Part shown: piece after piece, positions 12,694 to 25,600 of the stretch | Layout of the letters: every line of letters starts with the position of its first letter | How positions within the stretch are numbered: the stretch's first letter is position 1 | Source of the DNA: Malacoraja senta | Lineage: Eukaryota | DNA length: 64,000 bases | Assembly: GCA_038087875.1 (NCBI GenBank) | Contig: JAXLNO010000571.1 | Coordinates: 124,001 to 188,000, forward strand | Direction: 5' to 3' | Notes under the pieces: model-generated | What the model was told of the DNA's origin: nothing | What the model saw: the letters and a program-made list of their open reading frames with translations, nothing else | Databases searched by the model: none | Program-made: the position numbers and the translations under genes

Positions 12694-13249
12694 AAGGCCT
12701 GTCTCACGAGTCTGCAGTCATTGGCGGCGAAACAGGAAGAATCTACCGCTCCTGAGCCACCATAGACCGCGCACTCGGTCAAACGCACAATTCCGGGGTC
12801 GTGCGGCGTTGTTCCCACTGTGCTAAAATAAAACCAACACTGTTCAAAAAACTTTTCCTACCGCACAGCCTCCGCCAGTGTGGCACGAGCGCCATGCGTC
12901 GAACTTGCACCGCCACAGCCTCCGCCAGTGAGGCACGACCGCCACCGCCACAGCCTCCGCCAGTGAGGCATGTGTGCGGCATGGCCGCCTCCACAGCGCC
13001 GCGATCAGCACGGCCGCCGCCACAGCCCCGCAGATCCGAAATGACGTCATAGCAGTCGGCCCGCCCTTTTTTTTAAACTTTTACCGCAAGCTCGTGGGAC
13101 CAGCCGTACTTAATCACTCGGCCCCCACGCAGCACCCGTGCGGCGCTCCCGTGGCATAGGCTCGGCGCTCTCGCCGTTGCCGTGCGGTCCCCTCTACCGG
13201 CGACGCCGCGCTTCACCGCCGATGACCGCAACACCGTGAGACAGAGCCT
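12694..13249. mobile_element. GC-rich PIF/Harbinger-like MITE
   Basis: TIR aaggcctgtctcacg...gtcattggcggcgaa / ttcaccgccgatgac...cgtgagacagagcct; TAA on both sides. Confidence 0.75.
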
Positions 13250-13264
13250 TAAAGGATTAGGTGA

Positions 13265-13618
13265 ATCTTAAAGGATTGGACAGGCTAGATGCAGGAAAAA
13301 TGTTCCCGATGTTGGGGGAGTCCAGAACCCGGGGTCACAGTTTAAGAATAAGGGGCAGGCCATTTAGGACTGAGATGAGGAAAGACTTTCACCCAGAGAG
13401 TTGTGAATCTGTGGAATTATCTGCCACAGAAGGCAGTGGTGGCCAATTCACTGGATGTTTTCAAGAGAGAGTTAGATTTAGCTCTTAGGGCTAAAGGAAT
13501 CAAGGGATATGGAGAAAAAGCAGGAACGTCCATGATCAGCCATGATCATATTGAATGGCGGTGCTAGCTCGAAGTGCCGAATGGCCTACTCCTGCACCTA
13601 TTTTTAAATGTTTCTATG
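13265..13618 (+). mobile_element. CR1 LINE 3' end abutting the exon 28 donor
   Basis: LKGLDRLDAGKMFPMLGESRTRGHSLRIRG plus 3'UTR and tttctatg tail. Confidence 0.85.
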
Positions 13619-13621
13619 TAC

Positions 13622-13716
13622 CTGTCATGATTATATCCATGATCTGGTCTGCAACACTCCATCAAAGTTTTCACATCCCATGCTTCAGACTTGCTCCCGC
13701 AGAGTAGTTGATCCAA
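13622..13716 (-). CDS. TRIP12: TRIP12 exon 28 ([31 protein letters not shown])
   Basis: ctgtag|TTG, AG|gtacat, 95 nt. Confidence 0.95.
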
Positions 13717-14074
13717 CTACAGGTCAAATAAGGAGAATGTCACACAATGCAAGGACAAACTTCAAGTTAATTAAAAACAATTAAATGCTTTATTAAACTT
13801 GTTGATAATTTCTCGTCAAGGAGGCTCACACCTGCACTCAGGTAGGCGAGGGCTGACATTAATCTCAGCGTGACACCATAGGTTCTCGAGGATGGCCAGA
13901 ATACAGGAAGCCAGAGTTCACCAATTTGATTTACAAGTGCCAAAACTCAGTTAATTACACAGAATGCATTAAGGATTAAAAAATCTTTTTTTTTTTAAAT
14001 CACCTGTTCATTAAGCAGAATGATCATGGATTTCAGGAGACTAACAAATACTCTCCCAAAATGGCATGGACTAG

Positions 14075-14720
14075 GGTCAAAGAGGTGTACAGCACAGAAG
14101 CGGCCTTTTGGCCCACCTTGTCCATGCCGACCAAGTTGGCATACCAGGCTAGTCTCATTTCCATGTATCTGTCCAAACGTCTTAAAAATTATAATTGTAT
14201 TGTATCGTCTTCTAAAGTTTCCTTTTACAGATACAGACCATCTCCAGAGTGGGAAATAGTTACTCCTGAGATCCCTCTTAAATCTCTCCCCTTTCACCCT
14301 ATGCCTAATGCCCTTCAGTTTTAGAATCCTCTTCACTGGAAAAAAAGACTATGCGATCACTTTATCCTTGCCCCTCACCATCTTGTGCACCTCAATAAGG
14401 TCACCGCTCAGCCTCCCCTGCTCCAAGGAAAAAAAAACCCAACCTATCCAACCTCCCCTATAACTCAAGCCCAGACAACATCCTGGTGAATCTCTCCTGC
14501 ACCCTTTCCACCTTCATGTCATCTTTCCTATAGCTGGGCGACCAGAGCAGCAAGTGTGGTCTCACCAACAACTTGTAGAGCTGCATGATATACCAACTTT
14601 TGTACTCAATACCCTTTGCAATGAAGGCAAGCGTGCCAAATTCCTCCACTACACTGTTCACCTGACTCACCACTTTTAGGGAAGCATGCACCTTTACTCT
14701 CAGATATCTCTGCTCTGCAG
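14075..14720 (-). mobile_element. CR1 LINE 3' fragment
   Basis: LYKLLVRPHL...ERVQERFTRMLSGL; VKGERFKRDLR. Confidence 0.85.
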
Positions 14721-15122
14721 CACTCCAGGGTTCTCAAATGTGTTCCTAGCATTTTCCTTTATGTGGCCTGTCAGCTCCATTTTATGTCCTCTATTGCTTC
14801 GCTATGTATGTCTCCTCCTGTTAACTGACCATAGACTCAACCTCTCGTCAACCTAAACTCACAAGCCTCGCCCTTCACCTTCACGGGAACATGCTGCCCT
14901 CTGCTATTGCTAACTCTTTAAAGCCTTCCACTCGCCAGCCTCCTCCTTACCTGCAAACACTCTTCCAATTAACCACTGCAAGTTCCCTAATGCCTCAAAA
15001 ATCAACCTTGCTCCAATTTAGGACCTTAACATGAGGGCTAGTTCGATCATTCTGCATAACGACCTCAAAACTGATATGATTATGGTCACTATTCATGACA
15101 ACACAACCCAACTACTTTCTTT

Positions 15123-15336
15123 AACAAAGAACTGCAGATGCTGGAAAAATTGAAGGTGGACAAAAATGCTGGATAAACTCAGCGGGTGAGGCAGCATCCA
15201 TGAAGCTAAGGAATAGGTGACGTTTCGGGTCGAGACCCTTCTTCAGGCGAAGAAGGGTCTCGACCTGAAACGTCACCTATCCCTTCGCTCCATAGATGCT
15301 GCCTCACCTGCTGAGTTTCTCCAGCATTTTTGTCTA
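15123..15336. mobile_element. Head-to-head Penelope terminal-repeat palindrome with 15-bp TSD
   Basis: ~90-bp inverted arms centred at ~15247; TSD ccaacta(c/t)tttcttt at 15108-15122 and 15337-15351. Confidence 0.85.
15219..15246 (-). ncRNA. Minimal hammerhead core on the TRIP12 pre-mRNA strand
   Basis: Minus strand CTGAAGA-A-GGGT(CTCG)ACCC-GAAA-CG-TC; stem I poor. Confidence 0.55.
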
Positions 15337-16169
15337 CCAACTATTTTCTTTTGTGAGATAAAAATCTTCATACAGATGTTTGTAAAATGAGATATAAACC
15401 AGGTGCCCATAAATCAATAAAATACAGATTTCTGGAGTTAGTCAGGAAAACTACATCAGTAAAGGGGAAAATGTGGTTTTGTACATTCAGTTCTTGTGAC
15501 TCATGTACCTATCAGATTTACACAAATAATAATAATAATACATTTTATTTATAGTTAGAAGCATGGCAAGTAACAGAATTAATCTCTGGATCCAGTTTCC
15601 TTCAAGTGGATTTATCACTTTAAGGAATCTGTATATCAATAATGCTAATCTAGCAGCACCTAATCTTTCAAGATCACTTGGACATTGGATCAAGCAGAAG
15701 ATAGCCCTAATAAGTTTGTATAACAATTAATCATGTCACTGAAAATGACACGGATTTTTAAACTATTTTTTACTACTATTATATCCAACATAAAAAATGA
15801 ATTGCAAATACATAATCATATTGACATGACCAATTTAAAAAATAATTCAGTTCCATTTTTCAAACAGCAGTCCAATGCTTTCACATGCAAGAATTTACTG
15901 TACAACTTTCAAGATAATTATATTTTTATTTTAAACTTGGAGACTATGGTTTCCAACTTAGCTGGCTTTGAATCAAAATAATGTAGACAAAATAAATGAA
16001 TATTTACAACATGTAACATTCCAACATTGTATGCCTTTAGCATACAATGAAAGATCAATTCACAGCTTTTCAGTGCATAAAAATGAACTTTGGCATTCAC
16101 GAAAATCACGACAGGAACTGCTGTTTATTGTCTGCATCTACATAAAATGGTTCCAGGTGTGGTGCTTAC

Positions 16170-16283
16170 CTCCTCCGGGTAAAAATACTGTAAGTGATGG
16201 AGTGGAAAAACAGACTCAAAGCCATCTCGAAAAGATTCAAACTGCTTGGAAACTCCTTCATTCAGGGTCCAGTAAACCACAAG
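16170..16283 (-). CDS. TRIP12: TRIP12 exon 27 ([38 protein letters not shown])
   Basis: ctatag|CTT, GAG|gtaagc, 114 nt. Confidence 0.95.
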
Positions 16284-16795
16284 CTATAGAGATTGAACAC
16301 AACATTAGTGTTGCTGTTGCACAAAAGAATACAATGAATAACCTTTAATGTGAAGACAAATTACAGAAGCATGACCAAAAACAAATGTGACAAAGTAAGA
16401 GAGACCTCAAAGACAGGTAATAAATTATTTGGTCGAAGCTTCAAGGAAAATTAAGATGAAGAAAGGGAGGTGGAGGCATTTCTTGAATGTTGGGGCAAGA
16501 TGTCCGAATTGATGACAGTCGGCAGAGGGGGAGAAGGCGAAACAAAAGGCGAATAAATAGCACAAAAGGTGAAGAGTGCCAGGAACCATTGTGGATCAGG
16601 AAGCAAAATGGTGATGGATAAACAGTTTATTTACAGTGGCAATCAAATTCATAATTAGAATGAAACGTGCAAATGTAGTAGTTTGGGAAAATTAGGAGAA
16701 AGTTTTGCAGATTGGGAAGAACGGTTCATTTTTTAATTGGGGGCCTGAAATTGTGGAGAACAGTTATCAGAATGTTAAGTTAAACATCAGAGTAA

Positions 16796-17166
16796 AGGGC
16801 CTGTCCCACTTTACGAGGTAATTCACGAATTCTCCTGAGTTTTCCTCTTGATTCAAACTCGCAGAATGTTCGTAACGGGTCCTTAGGAGGCTGTAGATAT
16901 ATCGTAAACCAGCCGTAGGTACTCGGGACATCCTCCCGTCTATTTTTTTACTCGTGGACATTTTTTATCAGGCTGGAAAAAACGTCCCGACTTACCTGAT
17001 GCCCCGCGTACCTACAGCTGACATAACGAGCTACTCCGATATATCTACAGACTCCTACGGACCCGTTACGAACATTCTGCGAGTTTGAATCAAGGGGAAA
17101 ACTCGGGAGAATTCATGAATAACTCGGGAGAATTCGTGAATTACCTCGTAAAGTGGGACAGGCCCT
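16796..17166. mobile_element. Palindromic PIF/Harbinger-like MITE
   Basis: TIR agggcctgtcccactttacgaggtaattcacgaattctcc matched at the right end; flanks TAA/TTA. Confidence 0.85.
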
Positions 17167-17817
17167 TTAGTGCAACGAATGAGGTGGAAATGTCAATATC
17201 ATAGGAACAGTCAGCTAATTTTATCTGGAAAGATAAAGTAAAGATCAATAAATGAATAACTGCTTCTGGAATGAGATTCCATTGCTCCATCTGAAGATGA
17301 CACTTTACCAGTTCTAAAGTGTTGGAAACTATGAACAAACCACACTTTTGCAACAAATGGCAGGTAGGACCAGATAACCTTAGTGCAAATAGCTTTACAA
17401 TAAAATAACACTAAATGAGAAGAACATTTGGGTCACCAACTTGCTAATGACAAATCAGGGGATGGCAGTCAATTAATGCTATACTGTGCTAAAATGTGGG
17501 AACAAATGTCACAATGAATGGTCCAATTGGTACCAGCAGGAAATTAGATTCTGAAGTGTTGACGCAATTGGACATTAAATTTATATCCGAGATCTTGAAT
17601 AAAATGGAAAAGGGAAGACGACAGTTATCGGCAAAGTGTTTACATCATTCTCCTTAAATCACAAAAAGATTTTACACTTGAGAATTTATTTAATGTCTGT
17701 ATACCTGAGGAAATCATTCGCTTCACAGCCATATTTTGGCAGTGCATTCTCCGAATGATAAAATCCTTTGCTTTACCATAGAAAATATTTAAAACAATTG
17801 GAAATTGGTGTACATAC

Positions 17818-17982
17818 CCTCAGATAGTCTTCCAAATTATGTATGGTGACAACTGCGTCCTTCCCTCCCTTCTTCAGTTCAACATTAGCATACCCAGGTA
17901 GTGTGAAATCCAAGCCTAGTTCTTCCACTGAGCAGCCATTCATGTTTAGGCTTTCCAGAGCTTGCTGAAGACATTCTTTGCT
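17818..17982 (-). CDS. TRIP12: TRIP12 exon 26 ([12 protein letters not shown]...GLDFTLPG...LEDYLR)
   Basis: cgacag|AGC, AGG|gtatgt, 165 nt. Confidence 0.95.
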
Positions 17983-18880
17983 CTGTCGAAAAAATTCAGA
18001 TTGACAATATTAAACTTTAACTTTTGAACACTCATCCTTGTATTCTTAGTTAGACACCACAAAATGCTGGAGTAACTCAGCGGTTCTGGAGAAAAGAAAA
18101 AGGTGGTGTTTCGGGTCAAGATGATTCATCAGACATTCATTAGTCTTAACTTTCTCCTGTGAACAAATCACCTCACAAATCTCACACTTGAAACACTTTT
18201 TTTTTGCACTACTTCACGTTACACTACAATCTTTGCATTATTCTGCAGTTTTGTGTACTTTGTTGTATATTTTATTTCTGCATACTGTTTGACTATGAGC
18301 TTTATGCCAGCAAGAAATTTAATTGCATCCTGGTATATGACAATAAACTAATCTGAAACTAAATGTAGAAGGCTCGAAGAGAAAGGTTCTGGTACATTTA
18401 GCAACGGCAAATAAATTTAGCTCAACACTTTCCACCCCACCAGCAAAGCAGTTACTGGCAACAGCATAATATGCATTTTTAGTCATGTGCAAACATGTGC
18501 ACTACATTAAATGGTTATCAGCTATGTGTACAAATCACTCAGCACATATTAACACAATGCAAGTTCCTGACCGATTCCATCATATATCTATAGCGACTGT
18601 TACATCTCGGAATTGCCTCAGCACCAAAATATCTTAGATGCTGCTAATTCAGGAAATTAAATTCTCTGGTGTGAACTGAAAAATGCTTATGTAAAAATGA
18701 AGGTAGACAATGTACATTGTAAAAATGAAAGGCATTAATGAAAAGGTAATTTATTAGTGAGATTCAACAAATAAAATGACAAAAAAACTCTAATATTTAA
18801 TTTGTACATCTAATATCAATGAATTAAACCACAGAACCGTCCATTTTCTTCAGTTACATTATTTCATAATAGAACAGCAA

Positions 18881-19180
18881 TTTAAGTTCAGTTTAGATGC
18901 AGCGTGGAAACAAACACTTCGTCCCACCAAGTCTGCGCCAACCAGCGATCCCCATACACTAACACTATCCTACATACACTAGGGACAATTTACAATTAAA
19001 CCAAGCCAATTAACCTACAAACCTGTACATCTTTGCAATGTGGGAGGAAACCAGAGATCCCAGAGAAAACCCACACGGTCACAGGGAGAACATACAAACT
19101 CCGTACAGACAGCACCCAGAATCGAACCCAGGTCTTCACTGCTGTTTACCAGCAACTACCACTGCGCCACCTTGCTGCCC
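18881..19180 (-). mobile_element. tRNA-derived SINE
   Basis: Reverse complement starts gggcagcaaggtggcgcagtggtag and contains gggttcgatt (B box). Confidence 0.85.
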
Positions 19181-19261
19181 AAAGTAAATTGATCAAAGTA
19201 AATTCTTCTAATGTTAAAGGGTGCAGAACAAAATGGCCAGTCCAGCAGATTTCATTCTTAC

Positions 19262-19426
19262 CTGTGATCGATCTTGTTCTAATTTCTTTTTTTGTTTTAT
19301 GATGTCCTCAAGGTGACAAATTGATTTTGCTACTACTGGATCAATGTTGAAAAGGTCATGGGAGCAAAGGGAATTTTCCTGTCGGAGCATCCACTTGTAA
19401 AATGATAAGCCGAGGGGCAAATCCAA
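19262..19426 (-). CDS. TRIP12: TRIP12 exon 25 ([14 protein letters not shown]...EQDRSQ)
   Basis: gaacag|TTG, CAG|gtaaga, 165 nt. Confidence 0.95.
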
Positions 19427-19595
19427 CTGTTCAGACCAGGAGAGAGAAAAAACTCATTTCTCAGCAATAATCAGAATGTGCAGAAAACCATTTTTAATAC
19501 CAGCGATCCCCATACACTAACCACTATTTTTTAAGGTTCGGAATGTTATGTATTACACTCAGAAATATATACATCTGTAGCATGTGTTGTACATA

Positions 19596-19617
19596 ATAAT
19601 AATAATAATAATAATAA
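19596..19617. repeat. (AAT)n microsatellite
   Basis: taataataataataataataa. Confidence 0.9.
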
Positions 19618-20367
19618 GCATTATAAAACCCAAATATTGTTTTAAAAATTAAATGTCAAGATGCAAGGAACAAAAATATGGATCAGCACAAACCTTGGCT
19701 GTGTGTAAACATGCTGTACCGTGCTTCTCAGTATTTCTAATTTACAATGCAATTAACACAGTTTTGTTCTTAAGTTTGGAGTCGATTTTTGAAAAAATAA
19801 GCAGTTTGTATAGTGGATTCATCTGTATTGAGCAAGCATTTGCATACCAAGGATTTGTGACTGGAGATCCATTTCCAAAAATGTATCTACATTCAAATTC
19901 TAAGGTCTGCGCAGATTTCATAGGAGACCCACTAATTTAGAGAAAAGTGGTTGATATAGATGTTATGGATCGACCTTTATTTGAGCTAAAGACTGAAGTT
20001 TATATAGTGTTATATATCTTCAGTAGGGATTAAAATTATATTCCTTTTAGTCCATTCATTAATTTAAGGCAGTTCTTGGTTGGCAATCACTAAAGCAACA
20101 TTTCCAATGTCTTCAAATCTTCTTACTGGATTTCTGTTGCATCCAACTTCACATGGACTAACATCGAAATCTCAGTTTGGGCGTTGTTACTGAAAGGTTT
20201 CAGGTCATTCATTATTTATGCCATAATTAGAAACTAATTATCTTGCCCAATAATTCAACGTCTTCAGGTGGAACATAAATGAGGAAATTTTCACTGATAT
20301 TAACATAATAAAACTAAACATCAGTTTTTGGCAGATGAATCATGTGAAGGTAACAAAAGAAGCATAC

Positions 20368-20522
20368 CAATCGAAAATCCATGATTGCTTTGGCCAAGAA
20401 CTTGCCAAGAAATCGCAACTTCATTTTCACTTTGGCTACATATGCTGGTTTTGTGTTTCTTCCAAAAGGAACAGGGAAGAGGCCACGGGGATTATGGATA
20501 TATTTGGTCCCTTCTTGGATGC
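20368..20522 (-). CDS. TRIP12: TRIP12 exon 24 ([16 protein letters not shown]...AKAIMDFRL)
   Basis: ctctag|GC, TTG|gtatgc, 155 nt. Confidence 0.95.
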
Positions 20523-21178
20523 CTAGAGACACAATTAAGTTAGTTAACTGACAAGTCATTTGTCTTTTTTTAAATATTTAAATTATTTGTTTGTAACAGC
20601 GCCGACGTCATTTGTGCAACAAATTCTTAAAACAAACTCAAGGGGAGCCACAAGGATTCACTAAAGAAGCAAAGATTAGAGAATGTTCTAGCTAAAAGTC
20701 TCCATTCATTAGGGCTTTTCATTTACATGACTACATCATATCAGCTGGCTACGTCATTCAAAAGCTGAAAAAAAGGTTCTGTAACATGGGGATATAAATA
20801 AGTTGAGTAGTCAAAGATTTTAAAGAGTATTTTCCGGGAAAAATAATAAAAATACTAAACAGTGATTGGGGAGCTTCAAAAAGCAGAGAGACCTGGTTAC
20901 CCTGCTGCATTAACTGCAAAAAGCTAGTTTGCAATTGATGCAAGGAATATGAAAACTAATATTATTGTTCACTGACATGGAAACCAAATACAAATGTAGG
21001 AGGTTATGCTTCCGTTACATTGAACATTGTCATTTTATCTGGACAATATATACAATACTTCATTGAGTTCATTAATAAATGATAAGTTTCAATAATTTAT
21101 GCATTAAAATATGATTGAGATACATTTTTAAAACATCATCACATACATATGAAAATAAAACTTGAGATTTATGTGTAC

Positions 21179-21293
21179 CTTTAGGGTGCGACAGTGTAAC
21201 TTCATCCCCCCGCCACAGACCGAGATCAGCTCTCTGCAGTTCCTGAGATACAAGTGCATAGAATTCCAATGTCGGACCCAGACCTGTGCCAAC
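21179..21293 (-). CDS. TRIP12: TRIP12 exon 23 ([29 protein letters not shown]...)
   Basis: ttctag|GTT, G|gtacac, 115 nt. Confidence 0.95.
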
Positions 21294-21336
21294 CTAGAAA
21301 GCATTAAATGTTTAGTTTTATGTGAAGCTTATCCTA

Positions 21337-21516
<180 letters not shown>

Positions 21517-22573
21517 CTACGTGGGGGAACAAAAGAAAACAGTTGGAACAGAATAACTTGCATAAACCCATTTTCCAAAAGGTTATCCCACATTAAATTG
21601 CTCTTAATTTTCAAGGCTTGGATAGTTGGCTGGAGTACACACTCACGGAGGTGTATCTCCATAATTCCCACCCCCCCATCAACTCAGCTCAATGCTTGAA
21701 TGGACAGATTGCCGCTGAGGCCAACCTTATTCTGAACCAGGTCTTTATATGTAGAGTTCAATGAATGGTTATTAAGACCAAGAATCACTACAGATGCCCC
21801 ATCTAAATTGAGGACAACTCACTAGAGCCAATTTTAAATCGTTTTTGTTTAAAAAGCTAGCCCAAAAGTTCAAATTGAATTGAAAAATGTTTGGATTTGA
21901 AGTCAACTCGTCTAACCAACCAGGCAACCATAATCCCAGATAGGTTATATGGTGCCACTCAAATGCCTTTCAAGTAATGCGTGGTTTTGATAAATTCATC
22001 ACTGTGGGACAACAATTAAGGCAGCATCACCAATAACAATGCAAAATAAAAGAGCCACAAAACAATATAATAAGATGTTTCTTTCACAATGTGTGCCAAT
22101 ATGGTGAAATGGTGTTAATTAGTATTGCCATAAATATCTCAAGGGTTTAATGAAATCTGTATTCTGTGCATACTACTTTACCAAACGCCTACAATTCTCC
22201 TTACAGTAGATGCCTAAATGCCTTAATGAAAGGCAAAATGTTATGAAATGTAGAAATTACATTTCTTACACATATTTTTTTGCAAAATGTGTGTAGAATG
22301 TTCATTAATATTCTCGCCCAGATATCATTGTGCCATTTTCCCTCCCCTGACACAGCAGAAAAACAGTCATTAGTTCCCAGTTAGCCTTAACATTGTTTTG
22401 CTCCCAACTAAGTTTCTGATCTTTTGGCACTTCTATAGATCAGTGAAACAGTCTTCGATGTTGGGTTAGCCTGTATAGTTTTTCAGTTCTGTAACAGCAG
22501 TATTTACATTTTCTCAGACTAATGTTGAAAACTACAGCAACATTGCCAATATCTTGATCACAACAGGAAATTA

Positions 22574-22813
<240 letters not shown>

Positions 22814-23618
22814 TTAGGCACTTACAGAATAATTACAATAAATCCATGCTTCATCTTTATTACCACAAGATGCTTATATTTAAGACATTAACTATAACTT
22901 TGGACAGTTGAATTTAAACACTATTTTGGTAGATTATTTGTTTTCTTAAAATAAAAATGTCAACAAGCTGATAACTGATTTAGGAGTCCAATATATCAAC
23001 CTGGCCATGTATTTCATTGGTAATCAGTGCCCTACACGCATCATGAAGTCCTGCAATTATCCGTGGACTGCATTAGTCACCCATGATATATGAAATGAAA
23101 GGGATCTGTGATTCTCCGCACCCACCCACCCCCAGCTGCTGCAAAGTTAAATGCACAGCTTTTTCAAGGAGTTTTCTGGAAAATCGCCATTATGAAATTC
23201 CAATATTAATGAACTTTGCACAGAATTCCCCATGTGTAACTTCAGGAAACCAACACATCAATTTCAACTTATCTTTGGAGGGAATCACCCTTAGCCAGTT
23301 TGATAAACAAGGACACCCGAACACCGACATTTTAAATCAGGTAGGGATGAAAAAAGGAGCTTCATGGTAATATAATCAGGCAGATACTATTTGTTTTCAA
23401 TCAAAAAATGCTGTCCAGGGTATGCTATTTTATATATTTTTCTCAATAATTTTGTTTGGCACATTCAACATTTTTAATGCTATATAATTTTCCAACACAA
23501 AAATATGGCATGGGTATAGATTCGATTATTTTAACTACAAAAGAAGAACTCCTTGCACAATGAATATAATTATTAATCTTATGTAGTCAGAAGAAAAAGC
23601 AGTAATTTCATATCATAC

Positions 23619-23761
23619 CAGGTCCTTCCCAGCTCTGTCAACCATGTTGGTATGTTTCCTGTCATAATAACCAAAGGATCTTGAAGCTGGCGGTTAGCCT
23701 TTGCTGTCAATTTGCTATTGATCAATTCGTTAGTGGGAATAATCTCTTTACAAATTGCATT
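23619..23761 (-). CDS. TRIP12: TRIP12 exon 20 ([30 protein letters not shown]...LGRT)
   Basis: ttacag|AAT, TG|gtatga, 143 nt. Confidence 0.95.
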
Positions 23762-23886
23762 CTGTAAGAAACGTATTTGAGAAGACATTTTGACAAATGA
23801 AATCCAAATGTATTTAATTAAATGCCTAATTTATATTATCAATTTACGTTTGAGCTGCAAGGAGCAAGGTGATTTACCAATTGGAC

Positions 23887-25600
23887 TCATAGAATCTTAG
23901 AACACGGTAATATGCCCTGCGAACCAACTTGCCCATGCCAACCAATATGCAAATTGACTAGTCCCACCTGACTGCGTTTTGCCCATACCTCAAAACCTTT
24001 CCTATCTATGCACCTGTCCAAATGTCTTTTAACTGTTGTCATAGTACAGGCCTCAACTACCTTCTCTGGCAGCCTGTTGCATATACCCCTCAGGTTTTTG
24101 TAAAATCTTTCCCCTTTCACCTTAAAGCTATGCCCTCTGGTTCTCAAGTCCCATATTCTGGGAGAAAAAGACTATGCTTTTACCCCATCTATTCCTCTCA
24201 TGATTTTCGACACCTCTTTAAAATCACGTGTTCAACAAAGAAGGCCACATCGGGAACATCAGATGCAGTAGGTGCGGTTAGAGGTGGTGCACATTAATCT
24301 GTCCCTCACCTGGTAGGACTGCTGCGGACCCTGGATGGAGGAGAGGGAGGAGGTACAGGGACTGGTGGTATATCACCTGCGGTTGCAGGGGAATGTGCCT
24401 GGGGAGGGGATGGCTTGTTGGGATGTGTGAACAGAGGAGTTGCAGAGGGAGGGGTCTCTGCGAATGGTGGAATGGGATGGTGATGGGAAGATGTGACAAG
24501 AGGGAAAATCACATCTGCAAATGCCAGTGAATGATGTGTTGGATGCAGAGGCTGGTGGGGTGAAAGGTGAGGAACAAGGGAACTCTATCCATGTTCCGGT
24601 GGGATGGGGGGGGGGGGGGAAGAAGAGCAGGTGCTTGATACCTATACTCTGGGTAAGACTGTGCCTCTAACCTATTTATTCCCCTCATGATCTCTATCAG
24701 ATAATCCCTCATCGTCCTGCACGCCAAAGGATAAAGTCCTAGCCTGCCCAAACTCTCCCTGCTGCTCGCGCCCTCAAGATCCGGCAACACCCTTGCACAT
24801 CTTCCCTGCACTCTTTCCAGTTGAACAACATCTTTCCTATAGCAAGGTCGCCAAAACTGACCACAATACTCCAAATCTGGCCTCACCAACATCTTGTAAA
24901 ACTGTAACATTACATCCCAACTTCTATACTCAATATTCTGACTAATGAAGGCCTTCTTGACCAACCCATCTGCTTGTCACACCACTTTCAAGGAACCTGC
25001 ACTCCTGCTCCACAACATTCTCCGGAGGCCTTCCATTCACTGTAGGTCCTGCCCTGGTTTGACTCCCCAAAATGTAACAACTCACTAATCAGCATTAAAT
25101 TAACCATTCATTAGCCCACATGCTCAGCTGGTCAAGATCCCACTGTCATTTTTGATAACCATCTTCACTCTCATGATACCACCCTTCTTTAGGGTCATCT
25201 GCAAACTTACTAATCATGCCCTGCACATTATCAGCCAATTATCGATATAAACCACAAACAGCAATGGGCCCAGTACTGATCTCTGAGGCACCTTATCAAA
25301 TGCCTTGCCATAAAGATGACAACTACAGCTTTGCCCTCAAACTTTTGTTACTTCAAAAAACTCAGATTCATAAGACACAATCTCCCATGTACAAAATCAT
25401 GCCAACTATCCCTAATCAGTCCATCTAGTCAAATGCATATGCATCCTATCCTTCAAAATGCTCGAGTATCTTGCCTCACATAGATGTTAGGTTCATAGTT
25501 CCCAGGCTTCTCCTTAAATAGAAACACAACATGAACCACCCTCCATTCTTCCAGCATCTCACCCCTGTTTAATGATGATTCATATATCTCAACCAGGGCT
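23887..25600 (-). mobile_element. CR1 LINE fragments with a nested Penelope fragment (~24235-24630)
   Basis: RTRGHSFKVKGERF; LVRPDLEYCGQFW; the insert resembles the reverse complement of 2080-2230. Confidence 0.75.

Noticed and set aside
12864-12970. Repeat-spacer pattern resembling CRISPR
   Set aside because: Only three repeats with unequal, repeat-derived spacers, inside a MITE in a vertebrate intron; no cas genes.
16790-17170. Spy-type insertion (AAA|TTT, no TSD)
   Set aside because: The nested copy at 33500 shows the empty site was gccttacag, not AAATTT.
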